A stretch of 63,316 nt of DNA, filler included, from Nemertoderma westbladi (GCA_032718475.1; 4 parts of 4 records of this genome joined end to end with filler, not necessarily neighbours in it), one strand, 5' to 3'; shown: positions 1 to 13,303, counted from the first letter of the whole stretch. Numbers and translations: made by a program. The notes: generated by a model from the letters alone, not told the origin.

Positions 1-848
1 TTCTATTGTCTTTCATTTATTGTTTCCGTCACTGTAACCTGTTCCTTTCTCTTCATGGATAATTTAACTTTGAGGCGAAATATTAATTCGCCGAGATGGG
101 AGTTCTGGATATAGTAGGTCATGGTTCCGTCAAGTTGCGTGGTGGGCTCAGGAGTTATATCCAGCAGTCCAGTAGCCCTCTAGAGGACGACTAAGACAAT
201 GGTTGATAATATGTGGGTCAGTCTCCGTTGGTACTGTCTATACTACAGTAAGTTATAATTTATAGCCCTCGTGAATACCCCACGAACGTGTAGTTCGGTA
301 CCACTGTATTTTGATTTACCCACAGTAAACAATTTATGTTGTTGTCAGTTTTAAGAAAGGTGACAGTTAGCTGCTGTATTTCCGTACAGCAACTAACTGA
401 GACATATCACGTGGCACATACACAGCTGATGCTCTTTAGTTATGGCTGCACTACGTACTGGTACTATTACCCTGTTAGTACTAGCCACTACAACACTACT
501 GCACTAGGCCTACATTGATTGTACTGCTGTAAACTAACTATACCAGTATACTGCAGTACTGCTATACAGTACTGATATGTAAATGTACAGTACATTGTAC
601 TCTGCGCATTACGGTAGCTCAGCAACATGATACGCAGTTTGCAGTTAGACGATTGACAACATATAAACAACAAACTAACGGTACCTTCTGACCTTGGTAC
701 AGTGATACTGATACCGGTATTCAACGTTTCATATCTCTGCTGGCTTATACTGTTAGGCCTGACCACCTGAGCAGCTGAGGGAGTCTACCCATTGAGCAGT
801 AGAGCGTATTCTGTATCAACTGCAAGACGAGTTGTTTCTTTATGTGTT

Positions 849-954
849 ATGGATGGAGGAGAAGGGAGCGGAGGGGTTCTACCTTCCCCTCAGGATGAAG
901 TGTCTTGGTGGATGAAGTTGTTAATTAAATGTGTCTGTTGTTTAACTGGAATCC
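849..954 (+). CDS. CACFD1: Flower exon 1
   Basis: ATG at 849; encodes DEVSWWMKLL; GTAAGT donor at 955 (phase 1). Confidence 0.85.
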
Positions 955-3900
955 GTAAGTTGCTTTGTCGCTGTAAATTTTTCAGCTTTTGCACTATTTG
1001 CAGTTCGTTCACTCAGGGACACTCTATATATATATATATCAGTATAGGCCCTATAGGCCTATATTATATATCCATTATTATACATATCTATACATATAGA
1101 GCTATAGAGTTGTCACTGTTGACGGTTGCACGGTTAAGCTATACCAGTACCATGGGTATAGCAGTATAGCTGTATACTGGTATAGGCTACCCAGCTACCG
1201 GTTATCAGCTTATAGCAGATCCCGATACCGTAGCTAGGTCTCTGTAGATAATGTAGATTTAAATGTAAATATTTTTCTTTCCTAGTAATAATAATAGGCC
1301 TACTATTACATAAATTTCAATAAATTGCAATATCTAACACACATGCGGCTGCGACCTGGTACTTTTATTAACCAATGAGATAGAAAATTGAGGAAAATGT
1401 AGAAATTTAAATTATGTATACAAATTTTATTTCAGTATCAGTATTTAGTGTTGTTTGTTTTTTTATATTGCAGTAGCTATCTGCTTCGGACTTTGGAGAT
1501 GTGTTACCTTTACTCCGCTTTGTTTCGCTTCTGGATTGATAATAATGTAAGTTCAATAATAACAAGCGCGAAATCGCGCAAAGGTCCACATCTACTAACG
1601 CATGAACTGTCTTGAATGGCTTTCTACCAAAAAAATTTACCGAAAGGGGGGAATTGAACTCGTTACCTAGAGATTCCAAGTCTCCCCGCTCTACCAACTT
1701 CACCACTGCGCCGTATGAAGCCTTATAAACTGGAATTTAACAACACCAACAACTTCAACGGAGTGAATACTAGAGCACTAGAGGTCTCGCTGAGCGGATC
1801 TAAAAACAGTATCGTGTGTCGCCATATAAATCCCATCCAGATATGTAGACTAGACATTGCACAGTCCTGCAGTCACATAAATTGTAACAGTACCCGGTAC
1901 AAGAAGGAATTAAAAAATCAAATAAATATGCTAGTTATGCTTAATCGGCTAAAGCTATTCTGCGTTGTTTTGCATATTCAATATACTTTTCATGGGTTTA
2001 TAATATCCGAATTTCTTTGAGAAATACAAAGTATGGATCGTATTTAATACCTTTGCTAAGCTGGGAAACTCGCCAATGTCGCTTGGAGAATTTCTATAAA
2101 CTTCTCGCTCTCCTAACGTGTTGCGTGGCATGGATGCTGCCTCACCCACACTAGGTACGCCTATTTGGTAATCACACTCCTCACAAATATTCGTATTCGT
2201 GTTTTACAGGATTGGGGGCGCGTTTGTGCTGATAATGGAAGCGCCGATATTTAGTCGCTTGTTCGACGGTTTGGATCAACTGCAACATTATATTGATTCG
2301 AGAAAACGACCAGCTTTAATTAAATCTGTCGTATATTTGTCGTAAGTATCAACCTATTAGTATTTAGTCCAATAATTAATAGTTCTCCAGAACGGCGAGC
2401 TTCGCGATTGGGATTTTCACTTCTGCATACAACAGCAATCGAAGGGTTATATGGGAAGAAGCTATTTTATTGGTTTTACATAATAATAATATCTCACAAA
2501 ATTACATTTTCAGTTTTCACCTCCCATTATTGCCTTTTTATCTCCCGTTAATCCCAATGTCACAATCCCAAAGAAAAGTTTCTCACGAATTCTCACTAGC
2601 CGCGGTTTTCACATTTGTTCCCATTTTCGCCTAAAATTGTTGAAATATCGTTAACAACATTAATAAGAATCTCGTGATACCACCATGAACCGTAATTTAG
2701 TGTCATTTTCTGATGACACGGACCCCCGCCCCATATTTTTCTACAAATCTTTATCATATTGCTTAAAATTTGAAACTCAACTTGTACAACTTACCATCGC
2801 TGTTAAGACGGAGCCATAAGTTTGTTTATATTTTCCCTTTAACTTTTTTATATAAGCGTTTAAAAAAATACTTGTTTTGCGAAATTGCACCATTCATGCG
2901 GCCATTCTTCACGCACCCTCCATATCGCGGCCATTCTTCACGCACCCTCCATATCGCGGCCATTCTTCACGCACCCTCCATATCGCGGCCATTCTTCACG
3001 CACCCTCCATATCGCGGCCATTCTTCACGAACCCTCCATATCGCGGCCATTCTTCACGCACCCTCCATATCGCGGCAATTCTTCACGCACCCTCCATATC
3101 GCGGCCATTCTTCGCGCACCCTCCATATCGCGGCCATTCTTCTACTAGGATCGGCATGCTGCATTTTTAAGAATGCTGTGCCGGCTTGTCAACAAAATTG
3201 CACCGCCACAACTCCCTATCACCCATGACATTTGCTAGATCATCCGCATCTTTAAGGCCAGTGTCCTTTAAGATGTGTCTCAAGAAAGTCATGGGCTGTC
3301 CACCATGCTTATTCACTCCATGAGGCTGCCAAAGTACAAGATTATGCACTGGCTGGTCCTCACGGCGAAAGCAATGTCCTGCAAAGCGGAGGCGATTTTG
3401 TTCTAGTGTCAAGCTTGGCGGAACCAATGAGACACCTCCAATGTTATATAGTGTCTGGTTGGAGATGTGTGCATTGTACTTGACACTATGAACCCGGCGT
3501 AGCATTCTTGCGAATGTGCCATCCAGAGATTTGGTGTCCTCAGCAGTTAGAGCCCAGCATGGACTCCCGTAGAGGAGTACTGGAACTACTGCTGCTCTAA
3601 ATAATCGGACCTTAAGTTTCCGATTAATTCTCGGTGACTTCCAAATCATGGAAAGCCTATTCAAGGCTGCCCATGCCTTTCCCTTACGTATTCGAAGGTC
3701 CTCACCGGACTTCCGGATCCATGATCCCAGGTAACAGAAGTCGTCCACATGCTCAAGCATACCATCCTTTGAGCTTATGCTCATCCGATCAGAGACTTGC
3801 TGAGGACTTTCAAAGTTAACTGTCAGAATTTTGGTCTTTCTGGAGTTAATAAAAAGACCAACACTAGAAGCAGCATGTTCTAATGAGCTGAGGAGCCGTT

Positions 3901-6900
3901 GGGCTCCCTCTAATGATTCTGAGAGTACTCCTAAGTCATCAGCAAAGTCTAGATCAGTTAGGTACTTGGCAGGATTTCCTCGACTTCTGGAGCCAGTAGG
4001 TGGAGTTATCATCACCCCATCATCATTATAATGATCTACGGACATGCGTAGAACATAGTCAACCACAATAATGAACAAGAATGGTGCAAGTGTGTCTCCT
4101 TGGAGGACGCCCCATAACACTTCAAATGGTTCTGTGTCACCGTCAACAGTAGACACAAATGTTGTCGAACCATTGTATACTGATCTGATTGCTGCAATAA
4201 TTTCATCAGGAATCCCATATAATGAAAGTATGCTGAACATACGTGAGCGAGAGACTGAATCAAAGGCCTTGAAGAAGTCAACAAAGATAACAGCCAGATG
4301 CCTGTCTTTCTTTTTTGATAACTCTTCAATTATCCTTCTAAGTGCCAAAATGGGCTCCATGGTCCCACGACCTTTACGGAACCCATTCTGATTTCCACGG
4401 AGCAGTCTCTCAATGGGATCCCTGATGCGATTTAATAGAATCCTATTGTATAGCTTTGCAGCAATCGAGATCAATGAGATTCCCCGAAAAGAACCATAGA
4501 GTGTTAGGTTGCCCTTCTTGGGAACTGGCACCAACTTATTTGTTTTCATTTCTTGTGGGACTCTTGTTGTTCGGTACATGTCTACTATGATGGGATAGAT
4601 GAGCTTTAAACACTCAGGTATTTTAAAGACCTCAGGGGGAACACCATCTACTCCACTGGCACGATTGGTCTTAATGCTCTTTGCAGCAGCCTTCACTTCT
4701 GCAAAGGAGATATCGCCAATGGGCGATTCTTCAATATGGCCATTCTTCACGCACCTTCCATATCGCGGCCATTCTTCACGCACCCTCCATATCGCGGACA
4801 TTCTTCACGCACCTTCCATATCGCGGCCATTCTTCGCGCACCCTCCATATCACGGTCATTCTTCACGCACCTTCCATGTCGCGGACATTCTTCACGCACC
4901 TTCCATATCGCGGCGATTCTTGACATTTCGTGATTTTTATGTATCATTCATTAATGGAACATCCGTTACAAGGATTCCACATGTAAAATGTTTGTTGAGA
5001 ATCAACTGAGATATTGGCGTTCAAAGTTTTCAAAAATTATTGTTCACAGGGGGCCATTGAAATACTCAACACACCACATTCTAGAACGGGATATTTTCCC
5101 CATGAGTATCTGGGTAACAAAACAACGGTATAAAATATGCATGCATATATACATTATCGCAAAGTAACTACACACATGCATAAACAAAATGTTCCAGTAT
5201 AGTTTCTGTTTATTAAATAGCAAGGATGTTATTAAGTTACGTTACGGTATCTTTTCAGGAATACCGTAGCTCAATATTTTTCCGTAACGTAAACCGTAAC
5301 GTAATGCTTTTCCAATACCGTAAAGTAATATTACTGTATATTTTTACCGTAAACCGAAACGTAATATCGTAATATTTGTTTTAGCTACCAAGCAATCATT
5401 TTGGACAAAAAAGTAAATCTTTCGACAAAAAACTTTCACTTGAACGTTCTAGCTATTCAATATAAAGCTAAATGCTTTTAGGTTTTGTTTGTCTGTACAC
5501 GGTATCCTTATAGCCAGCTTCATGGCTTCTCCAGTTATTTATGATGAAGTTTTAATTAATAATTAATTAATAGTTAAATTAAGTTTTAATTAAACATTAA
5601 GTTTTGATTAATGTTAAGCTAACTAGGGCTACTGACTGAACTATTTATACTGAGGCTCTGTTCTATCCTAGCTGTAGCCTATGGCACTAGCGTGTTATAG
5701 GTACACCCCCTCTCAAATTTTTTTTACTAGCTAGTTTTTGCTATTTCTTTTTATGAACATGTTCTAGAACATGTTAGCTATTAAAAAAAAATATATATAT
5801 ATGTTCTAGAAAAATATAAAAAATTTTTTTTAATTTTATTCAGAATTTTTTTCATATAATTTTTAATCATTGCTGGCAAGATGGGTTTGAAAGGGGTGGG
5901 GGGGGGATGTGGTTAGCTAGTATTTTTTTAATAGCTAATTAAAATTAAAAAATTCACTGTATTGAGTTCATTATATTCAGAAATTAATGATATGCTTAGA
6001 ATACGTATATTGTATAATATTTATTATTTAGCAGACAGCGGGTAATATTACCTGATCAAATCAAACAGAGCAGAAAATGTGTATTATATTTGTAGAAGCT
6101 TCCAACGAAACTCAGCTAGTTGTTGGGCGAAAGTAAAATCTTGGCTGTAGAAATTCGAATACTCTAGAAAATTTAATTTCCTTGACATTTAATATAAACA
6201 TAACTAACAAAAAATAAAATTTGTAAGCTTTTTTAAAAAATTTTCTAGACCAAAAAATATTTGTTCTAGAACATTTTTTTTTTTTTTTTCAAATGTATCT
6301 CATGTTCTAGAACATTTCATAAAAAGAAATAGCAAAAACTAGCTGGTAAAAAAAAATTGAGGGGGGGTGTACCTATACTACTACTACAATGATCGGCATG
6401 CTGCATTGCAGCGGCATTTTTAAGAATGCTGTGCCGGCTTGTCAACAAAATTGCACCGCCACAACTCCCTATCACCCATGACATTTGCTAGATCATCAGC
6501 ATCTTTAAGGCCAGTGTCCTTTAAGATGCGTCTCAAGAAAGTCATGGGCTGTCCGCCATGCTTATTCACTCCATGAGGCTGCCAAAGTACAAGATTATGC
6601 ACTGGCTGGTCCTCACGGCGAAAGCAATGTCCTGCAAAGCGGAGGCGATTTTGTTCTAGTGTCAAGCTTGGCGGAACCAATGAGACACCTCCAATGTTAT
6701 ATAGTGTCTGGTTGGAGATGTGTGCATTGTACTTGACACTATGAACCCGGCGTAGCATTCTTGCGAATGTGCCATCCAGAGATTTGGTGTCCTCAGCAGT
6801 TAGAGCCCAGCATGGACTCCCGTAGAGGAGTACTGGAACTACTGCTGCTCTAAATAATCGGACCTTAAGTTTCCGATTAATTCTCGGTGACTTCCAAATC

Positions 6901-9900
6901 ATGGAAAGCCTATTCAAGGCTGCCCATGCCTTTCCCTTACGTATTCGAAGGTCCTCACCGGACTTCCGGATCCATGATCCCAGGTAACAGAAGTCGTCCA
7001 CATGCTCAAGCATACCATCCTTTGAGCTTATGCTCATCCGATCAGAGACTTGCTGAGGACTTTCAAAGTTAACTGTCAGAATTTTGGTCTTTCTGGAGTT
7101 AATGAAAAGACCAACACTAGAAGCAGCATGTTCTAATGAGCTGAGGAGCCGTTGGGCTCCCTCTAATGATTTTGAGAGTACTCCTAAGTCATCAGCAAAG
7201 TCTAGTTCAGTTAGGTACTTGGCAGGATTTCCTCGACTTCTGGAGCCAGTAGGTGGAGTTATCATCACCCCATCATCATTATAATGATCTACGGACATGC
7301 GTAGAACATAGTCAACCACAATAATGAACAAGAATGGTGCAAGTGTGTCTCCTTGGAGGACGCCCCATAACACTTCAAATGGTTCTGTGTCACCGTCAAC
7401 AGTAGACACAAATGTTGTCGAACCATCGTATACTGATCTGATTGCTGCAATAATTTCATCAGGAATCCCATATAATGAAAGTATGCTGAACATACGTGAG
7501 CGAGAGACTGAATCAAAGGCCTTGAAGAAGTCAACAAAGATAACAGCCAGATGCCTGTCTTTCTTTTTTGATAACTCTTCAATTATCCTTCAAGTGCCAA
7601 AATGGGCTCCATGGTCCCACGACCTTTACGGAACCCATTCTGATTTCCACGGAGCAGTCTCTCAATGGGATCCCTGATGCGATTTAATAGAATCCTATTG
7701 TATAGCTTTGCAGCAATCGAGATCAATGAGATTCCCCGAAAAGAACCATAGAGTGTTAGGTTGCCCTTCTTGGGAACTGGCACCAACTTATTTGTTTTCA
7801 TTTCTTGTGGGACTCTTGTTGTTCGGTACATGTCTACTATGATGGGATAGATGAGCTTTAAACACTCAGGTATTTTAAAGACCTCAGGGGGAACACCATC
7901 TACTCCACTGGCACGATTGGTCTTAATGCTCTTTGCAGCAGCCTTCACTTCTGCAAAGGAGATATCGCCAATGGGCGATTATTCAATATGGCCATTCTTC
8001 ACGCACCTTCCATATCGCGGCCATTCTTCACGCACCCTCCATATCGCGGACATTCTTCACGCACCTTCCATATCGCGGCCATTCTTCGCGCACCCTCCAT
8101 ATCACGGTCATTCTTCACGCACCTTCCATGTCGCGGACATTCTTCACGCACCTTCCATATCGCGGCGATTCTTGACATTTCGTGATTTTTATGTATCATT
8201 CATTAATGGAACATCCGTTACAAGGATTCCACATGTAAAATGTTTGTTGAGAATCAACTGAGATATTGGCGTTCAAAGTTTTCAAAAATTATTGTTCACA
8301 GGGGGCCATTGAAATACTCAACACACCACATTCTAGAACGGGATATTTTCCCCATGAGTATCTGGGTAACAAAACAACGGTATAAAATATGCATGCATAT
8401 ATACATTATCGCAAAGTAACTACACACATGCATAAACAAAATGTTCCAGTATAGTTTCTGTTTATTAAATAGCAAGGATGTTATTAAGTTACGTTACGGT
8501 ATCTTTTCAGGAATACCGTAGCTCAATATTTTTCCGTAACGTAAACCGTAACGTAATGCTTTTCCAATACCGTAAAGTAATATTACTGTATATTTTTACC
8601 GTAAACCGAAACGTAATATCGTAATATTTGTTTTAGCTACCAAGCAATCATTTTGGACAAAAAAGTAAATCTTTCGACAAAAAACTTTCACTTGAACGTT
8701 CTAGCTATTCAATATAAAGCTAAATGCTTTTAGGTTTTGTTTGTCTGTACACGGTATCCTTATAGCCAGCTTCATGGCTTCTCCAGTTATTTATGATGAA
8801 GTTTTAATTAATAATTAATTAATAGTTAAATTAAGTTTTAATTAAACATTAAGTTTTGATTAATGTTAAGCTAACTAGGGCTACTGACTGAACTATTTAT
8901 ACTGAGGCTCTGTTCTATCCTAGCTGTAGCCTATGGCACTAGCGTGTTATAGGTACACCCCCTCTCAAATTTTTTTTACTAGCTAGTTTTTGCTATTTCT
9001 TTTTATGAACATGTTCTAGAACATGTTAGCTATTAAAAAAAATATATATATATGTTCTAGAAAAATATAAAAAATTTTTTTAATTTTATTCAGAATTTTT
9101 TTCATATAATTTTTAATCATTGCTGGCAAGATGGGTTTGAAAGGGGTGGGGGGGGGGGGGGGGGGGGGGGGGTGGTTAGCTAGTATTTTTTTAATAGCTA
9201 ATTAAAATTAAAAAATTCACTGTATTGAGTTCATTATATTCAGAAATTAATGATATGCTTAGAATACGTATATTGTATAATATTTATTATTTAGCAGACA
9301 GCGGGTAATATTACCTGATCAAATCAAACAGAGCAGAAAATGTGTATTATATTTGTAGAAGCTTCCAACGAAACTCAGCTAGTTGTTGGGCGAAAGTAAA
9401 ATCTTGGCTGTAGAAATTCGAATACTCTAGAAAATTTAATTTCCTTGACATTTAATATAAACATAACTAACAAAAAATAAAATTTGTAATCTTTTTTAAA
9501 AAATTTTCTAGACCAAAAAATATTTGTTCTAGAACATTTTATTTTTTTTTTTCAAATGTATCTCATGTTCTAGAACATTTCATAAAAAGAAATAGCAAAA
9601 ACTAGCTGGTAAAAAAAAATTGAGGGGGGGTGTACCTATAACACACTAGTACCTAGCCTATAACAACGCAGTATGCTGTAATGGTATAGATCATAGATTT
9701 ACAGGACAGGTTAGCAGGGTTTGCGGACACCCCTCCCCCCCCCCCCGGGACAGTTCCCCCACCCCCCCACCCCCCCCCCCCTCGTTTAAGTAGGACACTC
9801 CCCCCCCTCGGACACTTCCCCCCCCGGACACTTCCCCCCTCGGACACTTCCCCCCCGGACACTTCCCCCCAGACACTTCCCCCCAGACACTTCCCCCCCG

Positions 9901-11517
9901 GACACTTCCCCCCCGACTGTTCTTAACTTCGCACATTCTTATTTTTCATTTTGTAAGGTAAACGGACCGCTTGCTTGTATCCAGACAAGTTGTATATACA
10001 ATTTTCTTAGCTCAGAAAGTAATCTTTTGCATCCCTATTTTACATTTTGTATCCAAGTTTTTTTTATGGATTTTATCAATGCAATTACATTGTATTGTTT
10101 GCTAATCTTTAAACAATTAATTATATGACCTATAACTTCCATCCGCCGAATGATATACTGTTTATATTAACTATAGAATTATAATAATTAATAGTTTTAA
10201 TTATAGGTATTATTATGTAATAGTCTTCTTAAATTGTAGCAGATGGGGATGAATATTATTGATGTAATCAAAATTATACATCTCTAAAATCGACATGCGT
10301 CGACCTGTATTCTGTGTTCAGCATTACATATCGATAAATTAATTAAATTTCCTGGTTACTTGCAATATTTTTAATAGGATTTTGTTGAATTATATAATAT
10401 TGTAGTAATTTATATATTAAATTGGTTAACATTCAATACAGCTCATACTTTAGGCTTAGTCAATTTATTATCTGATGATACAAACATGAATTAATTATAA
10501 AGTCTTTCACCACTGGCACACGGGGAAATGCCGGGGTTTGGGCCTCCAAAAAAAGAAGCGGTGGTTTGGGGGCGGCAGCCCCCAATTAAAAGAAAATCAA
10601 ACAAAATTTGACTATAAAAATATTTCTTTTATAATTTTAAAAAACTTGACTAGATACAACTTTTCCTGTAACCATCTTTAACTTTTGTTTATTGCTTTAT
10701 TGTAATACAGTAACGTAACGTCTCGTAAAACATCGTTGTTAAATAGAATAAATGGCATCCAGCGAATAGTAGTTCTTGAAATCTTTGAACGCCTTTTTCT
10801 CTTCTGTTTCTAAACGATAAATGGTGAAATTTCACGAAAGACAATTTTAAATTCTGGCTCCGTTTGGTAATCGACGGTGAGTAGAACTATTTGTGTTGGT
10901 TCGTATCATCAGAGAATGACACTACAATATAAGTCATGCTCATGGTTGGTTATTTGTGTTTATCAAAACACATTTCAGCCATGTTATCAAATAAACAGAA
11001 TAATTATCATACATTTCTGAGTCATTGCGTGTTTTCTTCAGTTGAACAAACAGTTTCAAAAATTGAAATCCATTTAAAAGTTTCACAGTCAAATCGAAAA
11101 GTTTCACACTAATTTTACAAGCCAAAATTTGAAAAAAAAAACCTGCTTGCCGTTTAGAAACTTTCGGAAAATAAGACAGCTGTTTGTTATATTATCCAGA
11201 AGCCTAAATCGCCTAATACAATGAATTTGTAAGAAAAGTTAAATCTTTATAATTCACTTTGACTAATTGCTATTTATCCACTTTATTTCCCTAGGTTTGG
11301 TATAATTCCTGTGCTTCTTTGCGCTTCCCTCAGTTCCCTTCTCGGTGGTGGATTCCTCATGGTGTGCGGCGTGGGCTACGGGGTTATTATAATCGGACGT
11401 AAAGGGGTTGGTAGCCCCGCAACTATGGGTCTACCATCGGAAGCCATGGAAATGGATAGAGTGAAACTGTTAGAGAGCGAGCAAGAGATTAATACTGGCC
11501 CCGCTAACGTCAGATAG
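849..11517 (+). CDS. CACFD1: Calcium channel Flower homolog, 4 coding exons: join(849..954,1474..1546,2210..2341,11295..11517), 177 aa
   Basis: All three introns are GT-AG with GTAAGT donors, pyrimidine-rich acceptors and matching phases (1, 2, 2); the exons total 534 nt. Spliced protein: MDGGEGSGGVLPSPQDEVSWWMKLLIKCVCCLTGIL-AICFGLWRCVTFTPLCFASGLIIM-IGGAFVLIMEAPIFSRLFDGLDQLQHYIDSRKRPALIKSVVYLS-FGIIPVLLCASLSSLLGGGFLMVCGVGYGVIIIGRKG... It follows the Flower family pattern (WW, C-x-T-x-x-P, EAP, KAVFY-like segment, LLG...YG...GKKG). Confidence 0.9.
1474..1546 (+). CDS. CACFD1: Flower exon 2
   Basis: Acceptor ttttttatattgcag; encodes (L)AICFGLWRCVTFTPLCFASGLII(M); GTAAGT donor at 1547. Confidence 0.88.
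2210..2341 (+). CDS. CACFD1: Flower exon 3
   Basis: Acceptor gttttacag; encodes IGGAFVLIMEAPIF...KSVVYL; GTAAGT donor at 2342; 132 nt, phase 2-2. Confidence 0.9.
2898..3142. repeat. 29-bp minisatellite (GCGGCCATTCTTCACGCACCCTCCATATC)n, about 8 units
   Basis: Tandem units are directly visible; the array resumes on the far side of the RTE at 4738-4921. Confidence 0.95.
3143..4737 (-). mobile_element. 5'-truncated RTE-clade LINE, copy 1 (reverse transcriptase ORF open to the stop at 3167)
   Basis: RT motifs PVPKKG, FRGISL, QNGFRKGRG, FVDFFKAFDSV, GVLQGDTLAPFLF, DLDFADD, FCYLGS, RLRFAGHCFR. No endonuclease domain. Sits inside the 29-bp array. Confidence 0.93.
4738..4921. repeat. 29-bp minisatellite, second block
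   Basis: Same unit as 2898-3142. Confidence 0.9.
5686..6377. mobile_element. Inverted-repeat (MITE-like) element whose right TIR is cut by RTE copy 2
   Basis: About 70-bp TIRs (TATAGGTACACCCCC...TTTTTATGAA and its reverse complement). The last 10 bp present in the complete copy (8938-9650) are missing here. Confidence 0.75.
6378..7989 (-). mobile_element. 5'-truncated RTE-clade LINE, copy 2 (1-nt frameshift near 7591)
   Basis: Near-identical to 3143-4737. Retains a 3' UTR hairpin (GCTGCA-A-TGCAGC) and a (TAG)n tail at 6378-6387. Confidence 0.93.
7990..8173. repeat. 29-bp minisatellite, third block (part of the 3.25-kb duplication)
   Basis: Copy of 4738-4921. Confidence 0.9.
8938..9650. mobile_element. 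Complete inverted-repeat (MITE-like) element
   Basis: ACTAGCGTGTTATAGGTACACCCCC ... GGGGGTGTACCTATAACACACTAGT; no clear TSD. Confidence 0.75.
9725..9916. repeat. C-rich minisatellite (GGACACTTCCCCCCC)n
   Basis: About 8 tandem 15-17-bp units at 9793-9916, with degenerate units upstream. Confidence 0.85.
11295..11517 (+). CDS. CACFD1: Flower exon 4 (last coding exon)
   Basis: Acceptor ttatttccctag; encodes FGIIPVLLCASLSSLLGGGFLMVCGVGYGVIIIGRKG...; TAG at 11515-11517. Confidence 0.88.
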
Positions 11518-13303
11518 TGGTCGTTGGGGGGGGGGGGGGGGGGTGTGGCAGAGGGGACAGCTGGGGCCATTTCTGGGGGACAGAGGGGACCGCTGGGGGA
11601 ATATCTGTGGCCGTTTTTGTGGGGCAGATGGGGGCGGGGGGTTGTTGGGGGGAACCAAGGGGGCCTTGGAAGGGAACAGAGGAAGCCCTGGGGGGAAGGG
11701 GTGGGGGGCGTTGGGTGACATAGGGGGGCATAGTTTATGTAATATTTCTGAGACTTCGTTATACTTTATTTTTTAGTTATGTATCTAAATATCAATTTAA
11801 TAAAATATTTTTATGTTTCGTTCCCTTGACACGTTTTTTGGTTGTGTTGTGTCTGACGAGTAGCAATAAATTTAATGTTAGAGACGGCTGGTTGACCCCT
11901 AAGAATATATGTACCAGGTGTATTTATTTTATTTAATATTGCGTAACCAGTAGATTACAGTTGAGAATAAGTTGGTGTTGGTTCGGTTCTAGAACCTATT
12001 TCAGTGTGGCATGTATTTTTGGTGCATATTATTTGATTTAGAAATGCAGTAGATTTATTTTTTATATATTATAACTTATGTAACCGACGTATTGTTGAGG
12101 GCAGCCGAGTATACTTAACTCAAAACCTGTGAATAGTTGTAACTTTATGTTACTCCGATGGCGAAATAGAACATTCATTCATTTTGTTTTTTTTTAGTTT
12201 ATATTTCATGATTTTAGTAGAATTTTAAATTGTACTAAAAAATATTTATAAAAATGAAACAAAGGAAAGGTAGAAACGAATGTAATTTGGTTTCCGTTTT
12301 TATGTGAATATATTATCGTTTTGCTTCGATTAGTTACTATGTGCAATTAAGTCATTCCAATCTGGTGTTAGTGGGGTGGTGATGTTATATAAAGTACTTC
12401 CACAAAGAACTATTAATTAATTGTGACCAGTCGAGTTCCCTCCGATACTATTTTATCTGAAAAGTTAAGTAATTTCCATTTCACATTAATTCACTTCTTA
12501 CTATATTTAACATTTAGAGTTGGAATTAATGACTTTTTTTTAATAAACTAAAAAGTCCTCTTTGAATTACTGGTATTCTACTACAAATTTGGCGATTGGA
12601 CTGCGGCTGTATAGCATTACTCGCTAACCCCTTATTTTGTTTCTTTCAGAATGCACCCGGTGCAACAGGCACCCTTGTTATTACTATAATATTGTGAAAG
12701 AAAGAGTAATTTTTATATCTCAAATTGTGATATAAAACTGTATTTTAATGGTGAACATTAAAGATTTTCGATGTTTTTTTTTTACAAATTTAAATTTTAG
12801 ATGAAGCCCTAATTTTTCAGATAAATATACAGTAACTATTATAATTATAATTGCGTGTTGGTAGTGGAGTGGTCCGGGGTCACTAACGTTGGTTTGTCCC
12901 ATACCAAACTCTATTTATGACAACTTGTGAACATATAAAATGTCCAATTTTAGTAGTATGGGAGTTGGGTGATTTGAGTTAGATATTGACATAATGATAT
13001 AGTTTTAATTCATTTATATTATAATATTTATAAAAAAGAAACTTGTATTTTTGAATTATTCTAATTATCTTAATTCAATGGGTTTGTTCAAAGGGGAAAC
13101 CATTTTTTTCGGGAGAGCTCGCTAACATGTTGTGGGTTCGAACCTTCATGTTTTCACAAAAGCTGATAATTAAGGAACTAGAATCCCTCCAACTATTCGA
13201 TTTCACTACTGTATAAGATACGTTAACCGGGTCTGATTCCCTAACATCCGTAACATGTACGCTTAACATCTCCACGCGATAAAAATAGTGCTATAATGTT
13301 ACA

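Noticed and set aside
2898-3142. 29-bp repeats (and the 20-bp repeats at 51905-55175) as a CRISPR array next to a reverse transcriptase
   Set aside because: The units are head-to-tail with no unique spacers, there are no cas genes, the context is eukaryotic, and the RTs are ordinary LINE RTs.
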